Counted from the first letter of the stretch, positions 38,644 through 49,695 are shown. The stretch: DNA of 64,000 nucleotides from an uncultured Candidatus Binatia bacterium (GCA_965203745.1 CBDBDK010000002.1:194904-258903), one strand, 5' to 3'. Numbers and translations: made by a program. The notes: a model not told the origin generated them from the letters alone.

Positions 38644-39573
38644 CTAGAGGTCCTCAACCAACGTTGTACTCAAATATCGCTCGGCCGAGCTGGCCAGAAT
38701 AACAACCAGCATTTTTCCGGCGTTTTCAGGACGGGCAGCGACCTGGAGTGCGGCCCAGACCGTGGCGCCGCTGCTGATGCCGGCAGGAATTCCTTCGTGC
38801 TTGGCAAGCCGGCGTGCCGTGGCCAGCGCATCTTCGTCCCGGACGGTGATGATTTCATCAATAACGCTGGTATTCAGGATAGCCGGGACGAACCCGGCAC
38901 CGATCCCTTGAATCTGGGTGAGGCCGGGCTGCTCGCCCGAGAGCACCGCTGAGCTGGCCGGCTCGACGGCAATAGCCTGAAAACTCGGTTTGCGGGGTTT
39001 AATCGCCTCGGACACCCCGGTGATGGTCCCGCCCGTACCCACGCCGCTGATAAAAATATCGACCTGGCCGTCGGTGTCCTCCCAAATCTCGTGGGCCGTG
39101 GTCCGGCGATGAATATCCGGGTTGGCCGGATTCTCAAATTGCTGTGGAATAAAGGCGTGGGGGACGCTTGCGGCGAGTTCTTCGGCTTTACGAATCGCAC
39201 CGGGCATCCCTTCGCGGGCGGGCGTGAGGACCAGTTCAGCGCCAAGAAAGCGCAGCAGATTGCGCCGTTCCATACTCATGGAGTCGGGCATGGTCAGGAT
39301 GATCCGATAGCCCCGGGCTGCGGCAACAAAGGCGAGGGCGATGCCGGTGTTGCCGCTGGTCGGTTCAATAATGACACTCTCTGCAATGAGCTTGCCGGTC
39401 TGTTCCGCAGCGGCAATCATATTGGAGCCAATCCGATCTTTTACGCTGCCCAGGGGATTGAAGAACTCCAGCTTGGCATACACCTCCGCTTCAATATCCT
39501 GCGTGAGTTGGTTGAGCCGCACTAAGGGCGTATGGCCAATAGTTGCCGTGATATCGTGAAACAACCGAGCCAT
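38644..39573 (-). CDS. cysK: cysteine synthase A (O-acetylserine sulfhydrylase)
   Basis: 309 aa. TPLVRLNQL ... [16 protein letters not shown] ... [18 protein letters not shown]-fold II signature. Confidence 0.9.
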   Translation of the reverse strand: MARLFHDITATIGHTPLVRLNQLTQDIEAEVYAKLEFFNPLGSVKDRIGSNMIAAAEQTGKLIAESVIIEPTSGNTGIALAFVAAARGYRIILTMPDSMSMERRNLLRFLGAELVLTPAREGMPGAIRKAEELAASVPHAFIPQQFENPANPDIHRRTTAHEIWEDTDGQVDIFISGVGTGGTITGVSEAIKPRKPSFQAIAVEPASSAVLSGEQPGLTQIQGIGAGFVPAILNTSVIDEIITVRDEDALATARRLAKHEGIPAGISSGATVWAALQVAARPENAGKMLVVILASSAERYLSTTLVEDL

Positions 39574-39651
39574 CCTGATTGCCGTGGTTGGCTTGCCGCT
39601 CTGTGCCGACGAAGAGGGCCTGTCAACAAGGACAGATGCCCGTTCTCTGCC

Positions 39652-40044
39652 TCACTTCTTGAGCTGAAGCGATATGGAGTTCATACAGTAGCGCTGTCCG
39701 GTTGGCGGTGGGCCATCGTCAAAGACGTGGCCGAGGTGGGCATCGCAGATGTTGCACAGCACTTCGATCCGGATCATGCCGTGGCTATGGTCCGATTCCA
39801 GGCGCACGCGGTCCATCTGCACCGGCTCCCAGAAGCTGGGCCAACCACTGCCCGATTCGTATTTGGTGGATGAGTTAAACAGGTCGATGCCGCAACACAC
39901 GCACTGATAGATGCCCTCCTCCTTGCAGTTGTTATATTTGCCCGAGAACGGCCGCTCGGTCGCTTTCATCCGGCAGACGGCAAACTGCTCGGGAGTGAGC
40001 TGTGCACGCCATTCCTCTTCGGTCTTCTCGACTTTACTGCCCAT
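39652..40044 (-). CDS. msrB: peptide-methionine (R)-S-oxide reductase MsrB
   Basis: 130 aa. CxxC...CxxC zinc site and catalytic region ([11 protein letters not shown] ... GWPSFW ... LGHVFDDGP). Confidence 0.9.
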   Translation of the reverse strand: MGSKVEKTEEEWRAQLTPEQFAVCRMKATERPFSGKYNNCKEEGIYQCVCCGIDLFNSSTKYESGSGWPSFWEPVQMDRVRLESDHSHGMIRIEVLCNICDAHLGHVFDDGPPPTGQRYCMNSISLQLKK

Positions 40045-40144
40045 AGTGTACGCTCCCTCCTTGGTCTGTACTCTTTACTCCCGTCTGATAGCTTCACCTA
40101 TATACAATGAGAAACACTTGTCGGAAAGAGCGCGGAGGAGCACC

Positions 40145-41068
40145 ATGAGTGGCGTAAAAATCGGTATCGGCTTTGGACAGTGGAAGTATGGCTTACCTGA
40201 CCCCGAACTCCTGTGCAGCAGCGCAGAAGCGGCAGAGGCCGCCGGGCTTGATTCGTTATGGTTGTCGGATCATATCGTGACCCTCAACCCCACGCTGGAC
40301 ATCTCCTGTTTGTTCGCCATGCTTGCCGGTCGTACCTCCCGCCTGAAAATGGGGCCGAGCGTTTTTACTCTACCGGCGCGCCATCCGGTCCAGGTGGCCA
40401 AGACCTATGCCACCCTTGACTATCTTTCAAACGGGCGGATGATCATGGCCGTCGGAAGCGGCAACGACCCGCGCGATCTGGTTGCGTGTGGGGTGCCACC
40501 CCAAGCCCGTGGCCGTCGCCTTGAAGAAGGGATCGAGATCCTGCGTAAGCTCTGGACCGAGTCGCACGTCACGCATCATGGCGAGTTCTACGATTTTGAG
40601 GATGTGACGATTGAGCCCAAACCAAAGCAGGGTGCGCTCGATATTTGGATTGGCGGCAAGAGTGACGCGATTCTCAAACGCGTCGTTCGTCTCGGGGACG
40701 GCTGGTTTCCCGCATTGACTTCGCCCATGGAGTTTCAGCGCGATATGGAAAAGCTCAGGGTGTATGGGGAGGAGTACGGGCGGACGATTGATCCGCGTGA
40801 GGCCGGTGTGCTGCTCTTTACGCATGTGTGTAACGACCGGGCCGCGGCCATGAAAACGGTTGAGCCGTTCTTCCACGGCCTGCGGGTTGACCCGGAGGCC
40901 ATCATGCGGCGTTCGCTGATCGGCCCAGCCCAGGAGTGCGTAGAGCAGATCGAGCGCTTTGTCGAAGTCGGCTGCGATAAATTCGTGCTCCGGCCGATCT
41001 GCCCGCCGACTGACATTCCGTCCCAGCTCGAACACTATGGACAAGACATCCTGCCTCATTTTGTGTAG
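40145..41068 (+). CDS. LLM class F420/flavin-dependent oxidoreductase
   Basis: Start at MSGVKIGIGFG with GGAGGAG RBS. The ORF track's 39911 start is upstream junk overlapping msrB. Luciferase-like blocks. Confidence 0.8.
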   Translation: MSGVKIGIGFGQWKYGLPDPELLCSSAEAAEAAGLDSLWLSDHIVTLNPTLDISCLFAMLAGRTSRLKMGPSVFTLPARHPVQVAKTYATLDYLSNGRMIMAVGSGNDPRDLVACGVPPQARGRRLEEGIEILRKLWTESHVTHHGEFYDFEDVTIEPKPKQGALDIWIGGKSDAILKRVVRLGDGWFPALTSPMEFQRDMEKLRVYGEEYGRTIDPREAGVLLFTHVCNDRAAAMKTVEPFFHGLRVDPEAIMRRSLIGPAQECVEQIERFVEVGCDKFVLRPICPPTDIPSQLEHYGQDILPHFV

Positions 41069-41088
41069 CGATCGACGGAATCAAGGTC

Positions 41089-42141
41089 ATGATTAAGGCC
41101 AGGTCTGAAGTCGAACGGCTTGAGCCCTATGTTGCTCCGCTTGAAGGGCGGCGGCCCATGCTGCGCCTCGACTTTAACGAAAACACGGTTGGCCCGAGCC
41201 CGAAAGTCGTTGAGGCCATTCGTCGCCTGCCGCCCAATGCCTACGCGACCTATCCGGAATATGCCGGCCTGAACGAGGCGTATGCGGCGTCCATCAACGT
41301 CCCGGCCCGCTACGTGGGAGCCTTTAACGGGGTGGATGCGGCAATTCACACCATCTTTGATGTCTACGGCGAAAAGGGAAGTACCTTTCTGACAACCGCG
41401 CCGACCTTCGGTTATTACAAGCCGTGCGCGCTCCAGCACGGCATGCAGCAGGATGAAGTCCTGTATCCCGACGACTTGGGTTTCCCGCTTGCGTCCATGC
41501 GCGAACGGCTCACGCATACGCCTCGACTCTGTTTTATCTGTAATCCCAACAATCCAACCGGCACCCTGCTCGAACCGCAGACCTTGCTGGAGTTGGCCTG
41601 CGCTGCACCCGATACCCTGGTTGTGGTGGACGAGTTATATGCGGATTTCACGAAGAAGTCGGTTCTGCCGGACGCCCTTGAACTGGACAATATTGTGGTG
41701 CTCCAGTCCCTGTCCAAGTCTGCGGGCTTGGCCGCGTTGCGCTTGGGCTTTGCCATTGGTCAGCCTGCAGTGGTGAGCCGGCTCAGCCGCGTCACCGGCC
41801 CCTATGATATTAACGCCTTTGCGGTGATCGCCGGAAAAGCCGCGCTCGCCGATCGCGCCTATGTCGAACAGTACGTCCAGCAGGTCCACGCCGCCAGGGA
41901 ATGGGTGACGCAACAACTCCGGCGTTTGGGCGTACGATATTTTGGGCAGGGCGGCAACTATCTGCTCGTCTGGCCGCCACGAGAGTGCGAGGTGGTTGAA
42001 AGCGCACTGCGCGAGCAAGGCATCCTGGTCCGCAATATGCGGGGTAAACCCGTGATTGACGGCAGCTTTCGGCTGAGTATCGGCACACTTGAACAGATGC
42101 AGCGCTTCATGCAGGCGTTTGCCGAGGTCATCGAGTCGTAA
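41089..42141 (+). CDS. histidinol-phosphate aminotransferase family (class II PLP aminotransferase)
   Basis: 350 aa. LDFNENTVGPSPKV ... YPEY ... SLSKSAGLAALRLGFAIG (PLP-Lys region). Confidence 0.65.
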   Translation: MIKARSEVERLEPYVAPLEGRRPMLRLDFNENTVGPSPKVVEAIRRLPPNAYATYPEYAGLNEAYAASINVPARYVGAFNGVDAAIHTIFDVYGEKGSTFLTTAPTFGYYKPCALQHGMQQDEVLYPDDLGFPLASMRERLTHTPRLCFICNPNNPTGTLLEPQTLLELACAAPDTLVVVDELYADFTKKSVLPDALELDNIVVLQSLSKSAGLAALRLGFAIGQPAVVSRLSRVTGPYDINAFAVIAGKAALADRAYVEQYVQQVHAAREWVTQQLRRLGVRYFGQGGNYLLVWPPRECEVVESALREQGILVRNMRGKPVIDGSFRLSIGTLEQMQRFMQAFAEVIES

Positions 42142-42185
42142 GCCGTTTCAGCGAAGCTGTGTCAGTTCTGACTGTTGCGAAGCGT

Positions 42186-43994
42186 CTAGGCCGTGCACTC
42201 GCCTTCGCCGCGTTCGAGTTTATAGACGCGGTTCTGGTTCCAATCGATAAACTCGTGCATATGCTCATCGTCAAATGTCACCGGGAGCGAGAGGTCTGTA
42301 ATCAGATCTGCAAAGGGGGCGGTCCCCACTCGCTTGACGAAGGCGGTGAACGCCTCGTCCGTACGGCGATGTGCTTGATAATGCTGGACGAATCGTTCGA
42401 CCGCCTCGGGAACCCGTTTTGACGGAACTCGGACATCCAGGCGTTGGCCTATATGGACCTGACCCGCGTCGTATTGGCCGCCCAGCATAACGATGTAGGC
42501 GGGGACCTGATGCTTGTCGAACTTCATGGCTGCGCCGTAAAAGCCAATATCGGCAATATGGTGGCGTCCGCAGCCGTTGGGACAACCGCTGATCTTGATA
42601 TGAATTTTTTTGGTGAATGGATCATCTATAGCAAGAGCTTTAACTCGCCGTTGGATGGCCTGCGCCAGACCCATGGAGTTCGTAATACCGAGCTTGCAAC
42701 TGTCAGTCCCAGGGCAACTCACCACGTCATTGATCTGGCGTGCTCCGGCCTCACCCAGACCGAGCGCCTGTAAGCGACTCCATACATCATACAGGCTCTC
42801 GGTCCGAACCCAACGCAGCACCACGTTTTGTTCGTCTGATGTCCGAGCATGGCCTCCGGTGAACTCGCGCATGACCTGCGCCACACCGCGGAACTGTTCC
42901 GGCGTCAGATTCCCCTGAGCAATCTTCACTTCTGCGGTCGAAAAGCCGGCCTGGCGTTGTGGCTGCACATTGGCTGCGGCCCAGTGGGCGAATTCCTGGC
43001 GGTCGCCGTTCGGGCTGCCTGGATTGATGGGGGCTCGCGGAGCACGCTCTTCCTCGTTGTCATTCCATTGCAGGGGCTCGGGATCAAAGTTGCGTGCGTT
43101 GACCCAGTCACCTTGCATTTCCGCGTCAACGAGCGTGCGGAACGCTTCCAGACCAATCCGGTCGATAAAGAATTTCATCCGGGCGCGGGCGCGGTTTTTA
43201 CGTAACTCGTCTTGCCGGTCAAAAATACGGATGACCGCTTCCACGACTTTGAGATAGTCGTTGAGCCCAACAAAGTCGTACAACACGCGGCCCACCCGAG
43301 GCAGAATCGATGTCCCCCCGCCGGTATAGACGCGGAACCCTTTGTGGCCGTCTTTGATACGAGGAATAAAGCCCAGGTCGTGGATACCCGTCACCGCGCG
43401 GTCTTTCTCGGTACTGGAGAAGGCGATCTTGAATTTTCGGGGAAGAGTCTGGGTCAGCTCGTTCCGAATAAAATAGCGGACCAGTGCGCCAACGTATGGG
43501 GTAGGGTCAAATGCCTCGTCCGGGTCGACACCGGCAAAGGGATCACACACCACATTCCGGACCGTGTTGCCGCACGCCTCCCGCGTCGACAAACCGGAGT
43601 CGCCAAGCCTCCGCAGTATCTGTGCGGATTCCAACGGCGGAATGAAATGGAATTGGATATTTTGCCGGGTAGTGATGTGGCCTTTTTTGAGCGGTACATA
43701 GGTTTCGGTGATATCAGCAAAAGTGTCGAACTGATCCGGGGTGAATCCACCAAAGGGGAGCTTGACCCGGATCATCTGGACGTCCGGCTGCCGTTGTCCA
43801 TAGACGCCCTGGCGGAGCCGGAAACCCATAAATGTCTGACGGTCTATCTCTCCATCAAGAAACTTTTGCGCTTCAGCATCAAAATCGTCGAATTCGCTTT
43901 CGAGAATGGGGATGACACGGCCGGGAATATGTGGATACACTTCAGGGTTCTCAAGTGTACCGACACGTCCCCTCTGGTTGCCCGCTGTATGCAT
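42186..43994 (-). CDS. sir: ferredoxin-dependent sulfite/nitrite reductase
   Basis: 602 aa. NiR/SiR ferredoxin-like half-domains and siroheme/4Fe-4S Cys cluster (CPGTDSCKLG ... CPNGCGRH). Confidence 0.85.
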   Translation of the reverse strand: MHTAGNQRGRVGTLENPEVYPHIPGRVIPILESEFDDFDAEAQKFLDGEIDRQTFMGFRLRQGVYGQRQPDVQMIRVKLPFGGFTPDQFDTFADITETYVPLKKGHITTRQNIQFHFIPPLESAQILRRLGDSGLSTREACGNTVRNVVCDPFAGVDPDEAFDPTPYVGALVRYFIRNELTQTLPRKFKIAFSSTEKDRAVTGIHDLGFIPRIKDGHKGFRVYTGGGTSILPRVGRVLYDFVGLNDYLKVVEAVIRIFDRQDELRKNRARARMKFFIDRIGLEAFRTLVDAEMQGDWVNARNFDPEPLQWNDNEEERAPRAPINPGSPNGDRQEFAHWAAANVQPQRQAGFSTAEVKIAQGNLTPEQFRGVAQVMREFTGGHARTSDEQNVVLRWVRTESLYDVWSRLQALGLGEAGARQINDVVSCPGTDSCKLGITNSMGLAQAIQRRVKALAIDDPFTKKIHIKISGCPNGCGRHHIADIGFYGAAMKFDKHQVPAYIVMLGGQYDAGQVHIGQRLDVRVPSKRVPEAVERFVQHYQAHRRTDEAFTAFVKRVGTAPFADLITDLSLPVTFDDEHMHEFIDWNQNRVYKLERGEGECTA

Positions 43995-44182
43995 GCTTGG
44001 TCTCCTCGGAGTCAGTTGTTCAGTATAAGAACTTAAACTCTACTAAGTCTATAGTTTTTATAGTTTTAAGGGTTTACTTATAGATATTCGTCCCTGCCTG
44101 TCAAGCACCCTTCGAGTGAAAACTCTGGAAACGCACGGGGATTGACAGAGAGAATCATTGTCTACTAAATAAGTAGGGATTT

Positions 44183-44647
44183 ATGAAAATCTCGAAGAAA
44201 AGCGAATACGCTCTCAGGGCGCTTGCCTGCCTGGGGGCGCCGGGTGCTCCTGAGGTGTTGTCCATTCAGGAGATTGCCCGTCGAGAACGCATTCCCAAAA
44301 AATTTTTGGAACAAGTGCTGCTTGCCCTCAAGCGAGTAGGGCTCGTCCAGAGTACACGAGGCAAGGCCGGAGGGTATGCTTTATCGGGCGACCCGCAGGC
44401 CATTTCATTACAGGCGGTTGTCTGGGCGGTGGACGGTTCACTGGCCCCCTTACCCTGTGCGGCCGACGCTAACCCGGTCAAATGTGCGGACTGTGCCAGT
44501 CTCGAATATTGCTGGCTGCGCGGTATTATGCTGGAAGTCGGTGAGGCCATCGCCGCCGCCTTTGCCCGAGTGAGTGTGGCGGAGATGTGTCAACGCGCAG
44601 AAGCCAGTCGCCGCCGCGAGTCGCACGTGCCGATGTATGATATTTAG
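44183..44647 (+). CDS. Rrf2 family transcriptional regulator
   Basis: MKISKKSEYALRALACLG ... SIQEIARRERIPKKFLEQVLLALKRVGLV wHTH. C-terminal cysteines suggest an Fe-S/redox-sensing type. Confidence 0.8.
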   Translation: MKISKKSEYALRALACLGAPGAPEVLSIQEIARRERIPKKFLEQVLLALKRVGLVQSTRGKAGGYALSGDPQAISLQAVVWAVDGSLAPLPCAADANPVKCADCASLEYCWLRGIMLEVGEAIAAAFARVSVAEMCQRAEASRRRESHVPMYDI

Positions 44648-44808
44648 AGACCCTGTCGGAGGAGATGAGCGCTCGCCGGGTCGGAAGGCTTGACGTAGAC
44701 CTGTGGTCTTTCTAGGGTCAGGATGCCAAGAGGTTTGTGTAATACGGAGAGGAGCCACGTATGACTATCAAAAGAAAGCTGTTCGACTATCTGCCTTGAC
44801 CGTTCGCC

Positions 44809-45384
44809 ATGAGAACAAGGATTGTTCTCAAAGAAAAAGCGCTCGACTTTGATCGCATTCTGATAGACCTGCCGAGCAAAGAACAAAAAGAGCCGTGGTT
44901 TCTCTCGATCAACCCGTACGGGAAAGTGCCGGTGCTGGTCGAAGAAGGCGCCTGGGTCTATGAGTCGGCCATCTGTAACGAGTATTTAGAAGACAAATAC
45001 CCCACGCCGGCACTCTCCCCGTCGGCGCCGGCCGCCAAGGCTGAGATGCGACTGCTCATCGAACTGTGTAACAGCCAGTTCGTGCCGCCGATCATCCGTC
45101 TGCTCTACACCGGCCGCAAACCCAAGGCGGAACAAGATCCGGCCCGCATGGCCCGGAATACCGACCAGCTCAACGCGCTCTTTCCGCAACTTGAAGACCG
45201 ACTCCAGAATCAAGACTATCTCATGGGCGACTATAGCCTGGCCGATCTTACCTTTACCCCGTTTCTTGGGTTGTGCGACAAATTGAGCATCGATCTCAGT
45301 CCATTTCCGCACGTCGCGGCCTGGGCCGAGCGGCTGAAAAGCCGGCCGAGTTACGAAGAGGTCCGAATTGGTCTGACCGGTTAG
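44809..45384 (+). CDS. glutathione S-transferase
   Basis: N-terminal thioredoxin-like GST domain (SINPYGKVPVLVEEG ... ESAICNEYLEDKYP). Confidence 0.8.
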   Translation: MRTRIVLKEKALDFDRILIDLPSKEQKEPWFLSINPYGKVPVLVEEGAWVYESAICNEYLEDKYPTPALSPSAPAAKAEMRLLIELCNSQFVPPIIRLLYTGRKPKAEQDPARMARNTDQLNALFPQLEDRLQNQDYLMGDYSLADLTFTPFLGLCDKLSIDLSPFPHVAAWAERLKSRPSYEEVRIGLTG

Positions 45385-45545
45385 CCCACTCTTCCCTCTT
45401 TACTCCCGGGCGACGCACCTCGGGGGCGGTGGAGCAGCCGTCCCTGTGTGTGGAAGGGCGTTGTGAAGCCGGGTTGGATTTTCCTGCTGCCCCGCTGAGA
45501 GTAAGCGCTACGAAAGCCGAGAGACCCCCGGAAAACAGAGCCCGA

Positions 45546-47123
45546 ATGAAAAAACGGAGTAGCATCAGCATGGTGACACGTCTGGTCTGGGGAGTCTGTC
45601 TGCCGCTGCTCTTTGGCCTTGCTCCTGCCTCCGCCCAACCCGCCAAGGTGTTTGTGAATTCGGCCGTGCTCGCCATTGGTGAACGGCCAGTCCTGCTAGA
45701 CCTCAAAAGTCAGCGGATTATCAGCCACGGCGAGAATTTTGAGCCCGACCTGAGTCCGCGGCCCGGAGCCGAACCCCGGAAGGTGTCAGAATTTCGTTGC
45801 GTGCTGTTTCGAGACCTGGAAAAAGGCCGCGTGCGCTATGAGTGGGAGCGCAGGCTGGTCTATCCCTTCCAGGAAACCTGGGCCTACACGGAGATCATGA
45901 ACGGACTCGACGGTGCCATACTCGGCTGCGATGGCTTTGAGAGCCCCTGCCGCCGGGCCATGTCGGCCTCTCGTATTGCCGCCCGCCACAAAGAGCTGCG
46001 GCGCTCGCCCGTCTCCATCCTGATTCATGCCCTGAGTCGTGCGGACTCCTTTCTGCGTCTCATGGATCAAACGATTCATGGCCGCCGCCAGGTGGTTGTC
46101 TCGTTTAATGACAATACCCAGCTCGTCGTGCTGGCCATCGACTCGGAAACACGCCTGCTGACCAAGGTCGTCTTTGTCGAAGACGATCCTTTGTACGGCG
46201 ATGTGCAGAACGAAGTGTTTTTTTCCGACTGGCGTCAGGTCGGAAAGCTGAAACTCCCGTTTGAGCGCGTCTATCGGGTCGACGGTCAGACCATCATGGT
46301 CGAACATGTTGAAGCCATTCAGAACGATGTTGATCTGTCACACGTGGACTTTACCATTCCGGAAGAGATCGAGCACCCGGAAGAGTGGGACGGAGAACGC
46401 GGGGAACAGAGCTCTCACTGGGTGCTGCGTCAGATTGCTCAGGGCCGACCGGTCGATACGCCCGCTTCAACGCTCGCGCTGCGTGACTTGGCCCCAGGCG
46501 TGATGCATATTGTCGGGGGACGATATCAGAGCCTGGCGGTTGAAATGGGCGAGTACCTGATTGTGGTTGAGGCCCCCCAGGACGACGCGCATTCACGTGC
46601 GGTGCTGGATACCTTACGTCAGCGATTTCCAACCAAGCCGGTCCGTTTTGTCGTGAATACCCATTTTCACAGTGAGCACGCGGGTGGACTGCGGACCTAT
46701 GTGGCTGCCGATACGATTGTGGTGACCAGTGCGTTGAACGTTCCACTCTTCCAAGACGTCTTTCGCGCTTTGCACACCCAAGTCCCGGACAGCCTCCAGC
46801 GTCGCCCGAGAATTGCGGTCATCGAAGCGGTCAGGAATGAACGCAAGTTTTTTGTTGATGAAAATCGGGTGGTTATTGTCTACCCGATTGAGACCGTACA
46901 TGTAGACGGCATGTTGATCGTCTATCTGCCTGAGGAACGCCTGCTTTTTGTGGCCGACCTGTTCACGCCGGGGGCCATCCGACAGGTTGTTGATTGGGCG
47001 CGGGACCTCCTCAACGCCATTGAGAGTTACGACCTCGCGGTCGAGAGCATTGTCGGTAGCCGGGGCGGAGTCGGAACGCTGGATGAGCTGCGCCAAGTTG
47101 TTCATGCACACCGAACAGGATAG
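45546..47123 (+). CDS. secreted MBL-fold metallo-hydrolase with N-terminal uncharacterised domain
   Basis: Start at MKKRSSISMVTRLVWGVCLPLLFGLAPASA (signal peptide). C-terminal VVNTHFHSEHAGG metallo-beta-lactamase motif. Confidence 0.6.
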   Translation: MKKRSSISMVTRLVWGVCLPLLFGLAPASAQPAKVFVNSAVLAIGERPVLLDLKSQRIISHGENFEPDLSPRPGAEPRKVSEFRCVLFRDLEKGRVRYEWERRLVYPFQETWAYTEIMNGLDGAILGCDGFESPCRRAMSASRIAARHKELRRSPVSILIHALSRADSFLRLMDQTIHGRRQVVVSFNDNTQLVVLAIDSETRLLTKVVFVEDDPLYGDVQNEVFFSDWRQVGKLKLPFERVYRVDGQTIMVEHVEAIQNDVDLSHVDFTIPEEIEHPEEWDGERGEQSSHWVLRQIAQGRPVDTPASTLALRDLAPGVMHIVGGRYQSLAVEMGEYLIVVEAPQDDAHSRAVLDTLRQRFPTKPVRFVVNTHFHSEHAGGLRTYVAADTIVVTSALNVPLFQDVFRALHTQVPDSLQRRPRIAVIEAVRNERKFFVDENRVVIVYPIETVHVDGMLIVYLPEERLLFVADLFTPGAIRQVVDWARDLLNAIESYDLAVESIVGSRGGVGTLDELRQVVHAHRTG

Positions 47124-47610
47124 AGCCTGGATGCAAACCGCCCTGGCCGAAGCCGCCCTGGCCGAAGCCGCAGACGAGGTGCCCATTGGTGCGGTCGTCG
47201 TCCTGAAAGGACAAATCATCGGCCGGGGCCATAATACGCCTATTTCAACCAGCGACCCGACGGCTCACGCGGAAATCCAGGCCGTGCGGAACGCCGCGCA
47301 GCAGATGAAGAATTACCGGCTGGTAGACGCGACGCTGTACACAACCGTAGAGCCCTGTCTCATGTGTATGGGTGCGCTCGTGTCCGCACGGATAAAACGC
47401 CTCGTCTTCGGCTGTTTTGACCCCAAGGCCGGTGCCGCGGGATCGCTGTATAATATTGCCCTGGATACCCGTCTGAATCATCGCCTGGAAGTCACGAGTG
47501 GAGTCTGTGAAGAGGAGTGTCGGGCGCTACTCCAGCGTTTCTTCCGAGAGAAACGGCAGCGTGCCACAAGGGCTGACCCGTCTTTGCGCTTGCCTGGAAA
47601 TCGCCTATAG
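47104..47610 (+). CDS. tadA: tRNA adenosine(34) deaminase TadA
   Basis: HAEIQAV ... VEPCLMCMGAL CDA zinc motifs. Overlaps the previous gene by 20 nt. Alternative start at 47131. Confidence 0.8.
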   Translation: MHTEQDRAWMQTALAEAALAEAADEVPIGAVVVLKGQIIGRGHNTPISTSDPTAHAEIQAVRNAAQQMKNYRLVDATLYTTVEPCLMCMGALVSARIKRLVFGCFDPKAGAAGSLYNIALDTRLNHRLEVTSGVCEEECRALLQRFFREKRQRATRADPSLRLPGNRL

Positions 47611-47636
47611 TGAGGGGCGAGTTTCGCTCAGGAATC

Positions 47637-47726
47637 GGAGAGGTGGCAGAGTCCGGTTGATCGCGCACGACTCGAAATCGTGTATACCTTCGGGTATCGG
47701 GGGTTCGAATCCCCCCCTCTCCGCCA
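47637..47726 (+). tRNA. tRNA-Ser (anticodon CGA), class II with long variable arm, CCA encoded
   Basis: Manual fold gives acceptor GGAGAGG/CCTCTCC, anticodon stem CACGA/TCGTG with loop CTCGAAA, long variable arm TATACCTTCGGGTAT, T-arm GGGGGTTCGAATCCCCC, then discriminator G + CCA. Confidence 0.85.
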
Positions 47727-47886
47727 GTAAAAGACCATAAGTATTTGAAATATTTTATCTTTTGAGGAATTTATACCTTTATTTCCCTCATTTTTTCCCC
47801 ACTTCTATTTAGCATGAGGGGAACATCTTGGACCTGCTGAGGCATCCCACGCCCTGTCGAATTGCCGCCACCAAGGGGTATCAATC

Positions 47887-49695
47887 ATGAAGATCGTTGA
47901 CGAACAGCGCGGTACGCGCGGTTTTCAGACGGATGTGGCCATGCGCGACGGGGTCACCCTCAACACCTTTGTGTTTCTGCCGGCCGACGGGGGACCGCGC
48001 TTTCCCGTCATCGTGCACCGCACGCCCTACGGCATCACGACCCCAGCGGGCGAGGCGGTGACCGACCCGGCCCGGGGCTGGGTGCCCAGTGCGGCCGCCC
48101 CGCTGTACGGCCCCATCCTGCGCGGCTGGCAGGCCATCGTCGCCCACGGCTATGCGGCCGTGTATCAGGATACGCGCGGCCGCTACGCCTCTCAGGGAGA
48201 AGACCGCGTCTATGCCGACGATGCCGCCGACGGGTACGACACCCTGGAGTGGGTCGCGGAACAGCCCTGGACCAATCAGCGCGTGGGTGTCTCGGGCTCG
48301 TCTGCGGCTGCCACTACCGCCTTGGCGGCGGCCAGCACCGGGCACCCGTCGCTGCGGGCCTTTTTTGCCCAGGTCGGTGCGTCCAGTATCTATGACGATG
48401 TCGTGTACGAAGGGCAGGCGATCGAGCTGGAACGGCTGTGGCTGTGGGTGGCGAAGAACATTCCCGGCTTGTCGGCATCCCATCAGCACGCTGCCATGCG
48501 CCGCGCGGGCGCGACCGCGGCCATGATGACAGCCGCCCGCCACTCGGCCGGTGCCTGCTACGGTCGGCTGGAGGCCGCCAGCCACGGCACGCCGCCGTTC
48601 ATTGAGTGCCAGGACTGGCTGCGTCTGCCGTTGACGAACCACCCGGACTTTACCGTCTGGCAGCCGTTCCTGAACGAGATTCTCACGCATCCGGCGCCCG
48701 ACGCGTTCCGGGCCGCGCACGATTTCCGCCGCACCATTACGATTCCCGGCTTTCACGCCACTACCTGGTACGACATCTTTCTAACCAGCGTGTTGGCCGC
48801 GTTTCAGGAGATTCAGGTGCGCACGGGGACGCAAAAGCTGTGGGTCGGCCCCAACGCACACCATTTCATTTATCGAACCAACTGCTGGCCCCGTGATCCC
48901 TATTTCGAGTGGTTCGGCCATTATCTGAAAGACGAGCCAGCCGATTTGATCGACGAACCGGCTGTCTTCTATTCGCCCCGGGCGTGGGTCGAGGCGGAAG
49001 AGAACTACCGACCCGATGATTGACGACGAGCGGATACCTGGCCGCCGGCCGGCGCGAGAACGCAGCGCGTCTTCCTGACGGGCGATGGCTGCCTCGGCGC
49101 GGCCCCGACTGGAAACCCACGGCGGTATACCTACGATCCGCGCCAGCCGAACCCCACGCTCGGCGGGCGCAACATGCTGATCGCCGCCGGCCAAGTGGAC
49201 CAACGCCCGGTCCAGGCCCTGCGGTACTACGGCCTGATGTATACCGGCGAGAAGCTGGCCCGTGACCTGACGCTGGCGGGTGCGGTGCGGATCACGCTGC
49301 ATGTGAGTTCCGACTGCCCCGACACCGACTTTATCGCCAAGCTCATCGAAGTCACCCCGGGCGGGCGCACGCTGTTGCTCATGGATGGGGTGACCCGCGC
49401 CCTGTATCGGGAATCGATCCTCGACCCGGCCAACAATCACCCGCAGCCACTCGAACCCGGCACGGTCTATCCCGTCACGATCAACCTGGCGGACATCCAC
49501 CATACGGTCCGCGCCGGCAGCCGGCTGCAGGTCGACATCGTCAGCAGTAATTTCCCGCGCCGCGCCCGCAACACGAACAGCGGCCACCCCGTCCTGGCGA
49601 ACGACAGCGAGGCCGATATCCGCGTGGCGACCAACACGGTCCATCATGCCGCCGGGACGCCATCCTTCGTGGAGATGTCGGTGCTGGTGGAGTAG
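47887..49695 (+). pseudogene. CocE/NonD family (S15 X-Pro dipeptidyl-peptidase-like) hydrolase interrupted by an in-frame TGA at 49021-49023
   Basis: ORFs 47887-49023 and 49174-49695 are in the same frame. The N-terminal part carries the alpha/beta-hydrolase domain (VAMRDGVTLNTFVFLP...PVIVHRTPYG ... GVSGSSAAA). Reading through the TGA continues with RTADTWPPAGARTQRVFLTGDG...TYDPRQPNPTLGG... into the C-terminal beta-sandwich domain. The full length would be ~603 aa. Confidence 0.65.

Noticed and set aside
47498-47740. 80-aa ORF overlapping the tRNA-Ser gene
   Set aside because: Fully explained by the tRNA. The tail of tadA plus tRNA sequence happen to be open.
49021-49060. Selenocysteine insertion at the in-frame TGA of the CocE/NonD gene
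   Set aside because: The downstream element is a loop-less palindrome rather than a bacterial SECIS hairpin with the apical loop expected ~11 nt after UGA. CocE/NonD hydrolases are not known selenoproteins. A nonsense mutation or sequencing error is more likely. Kept as a finding only for the interruption itself.
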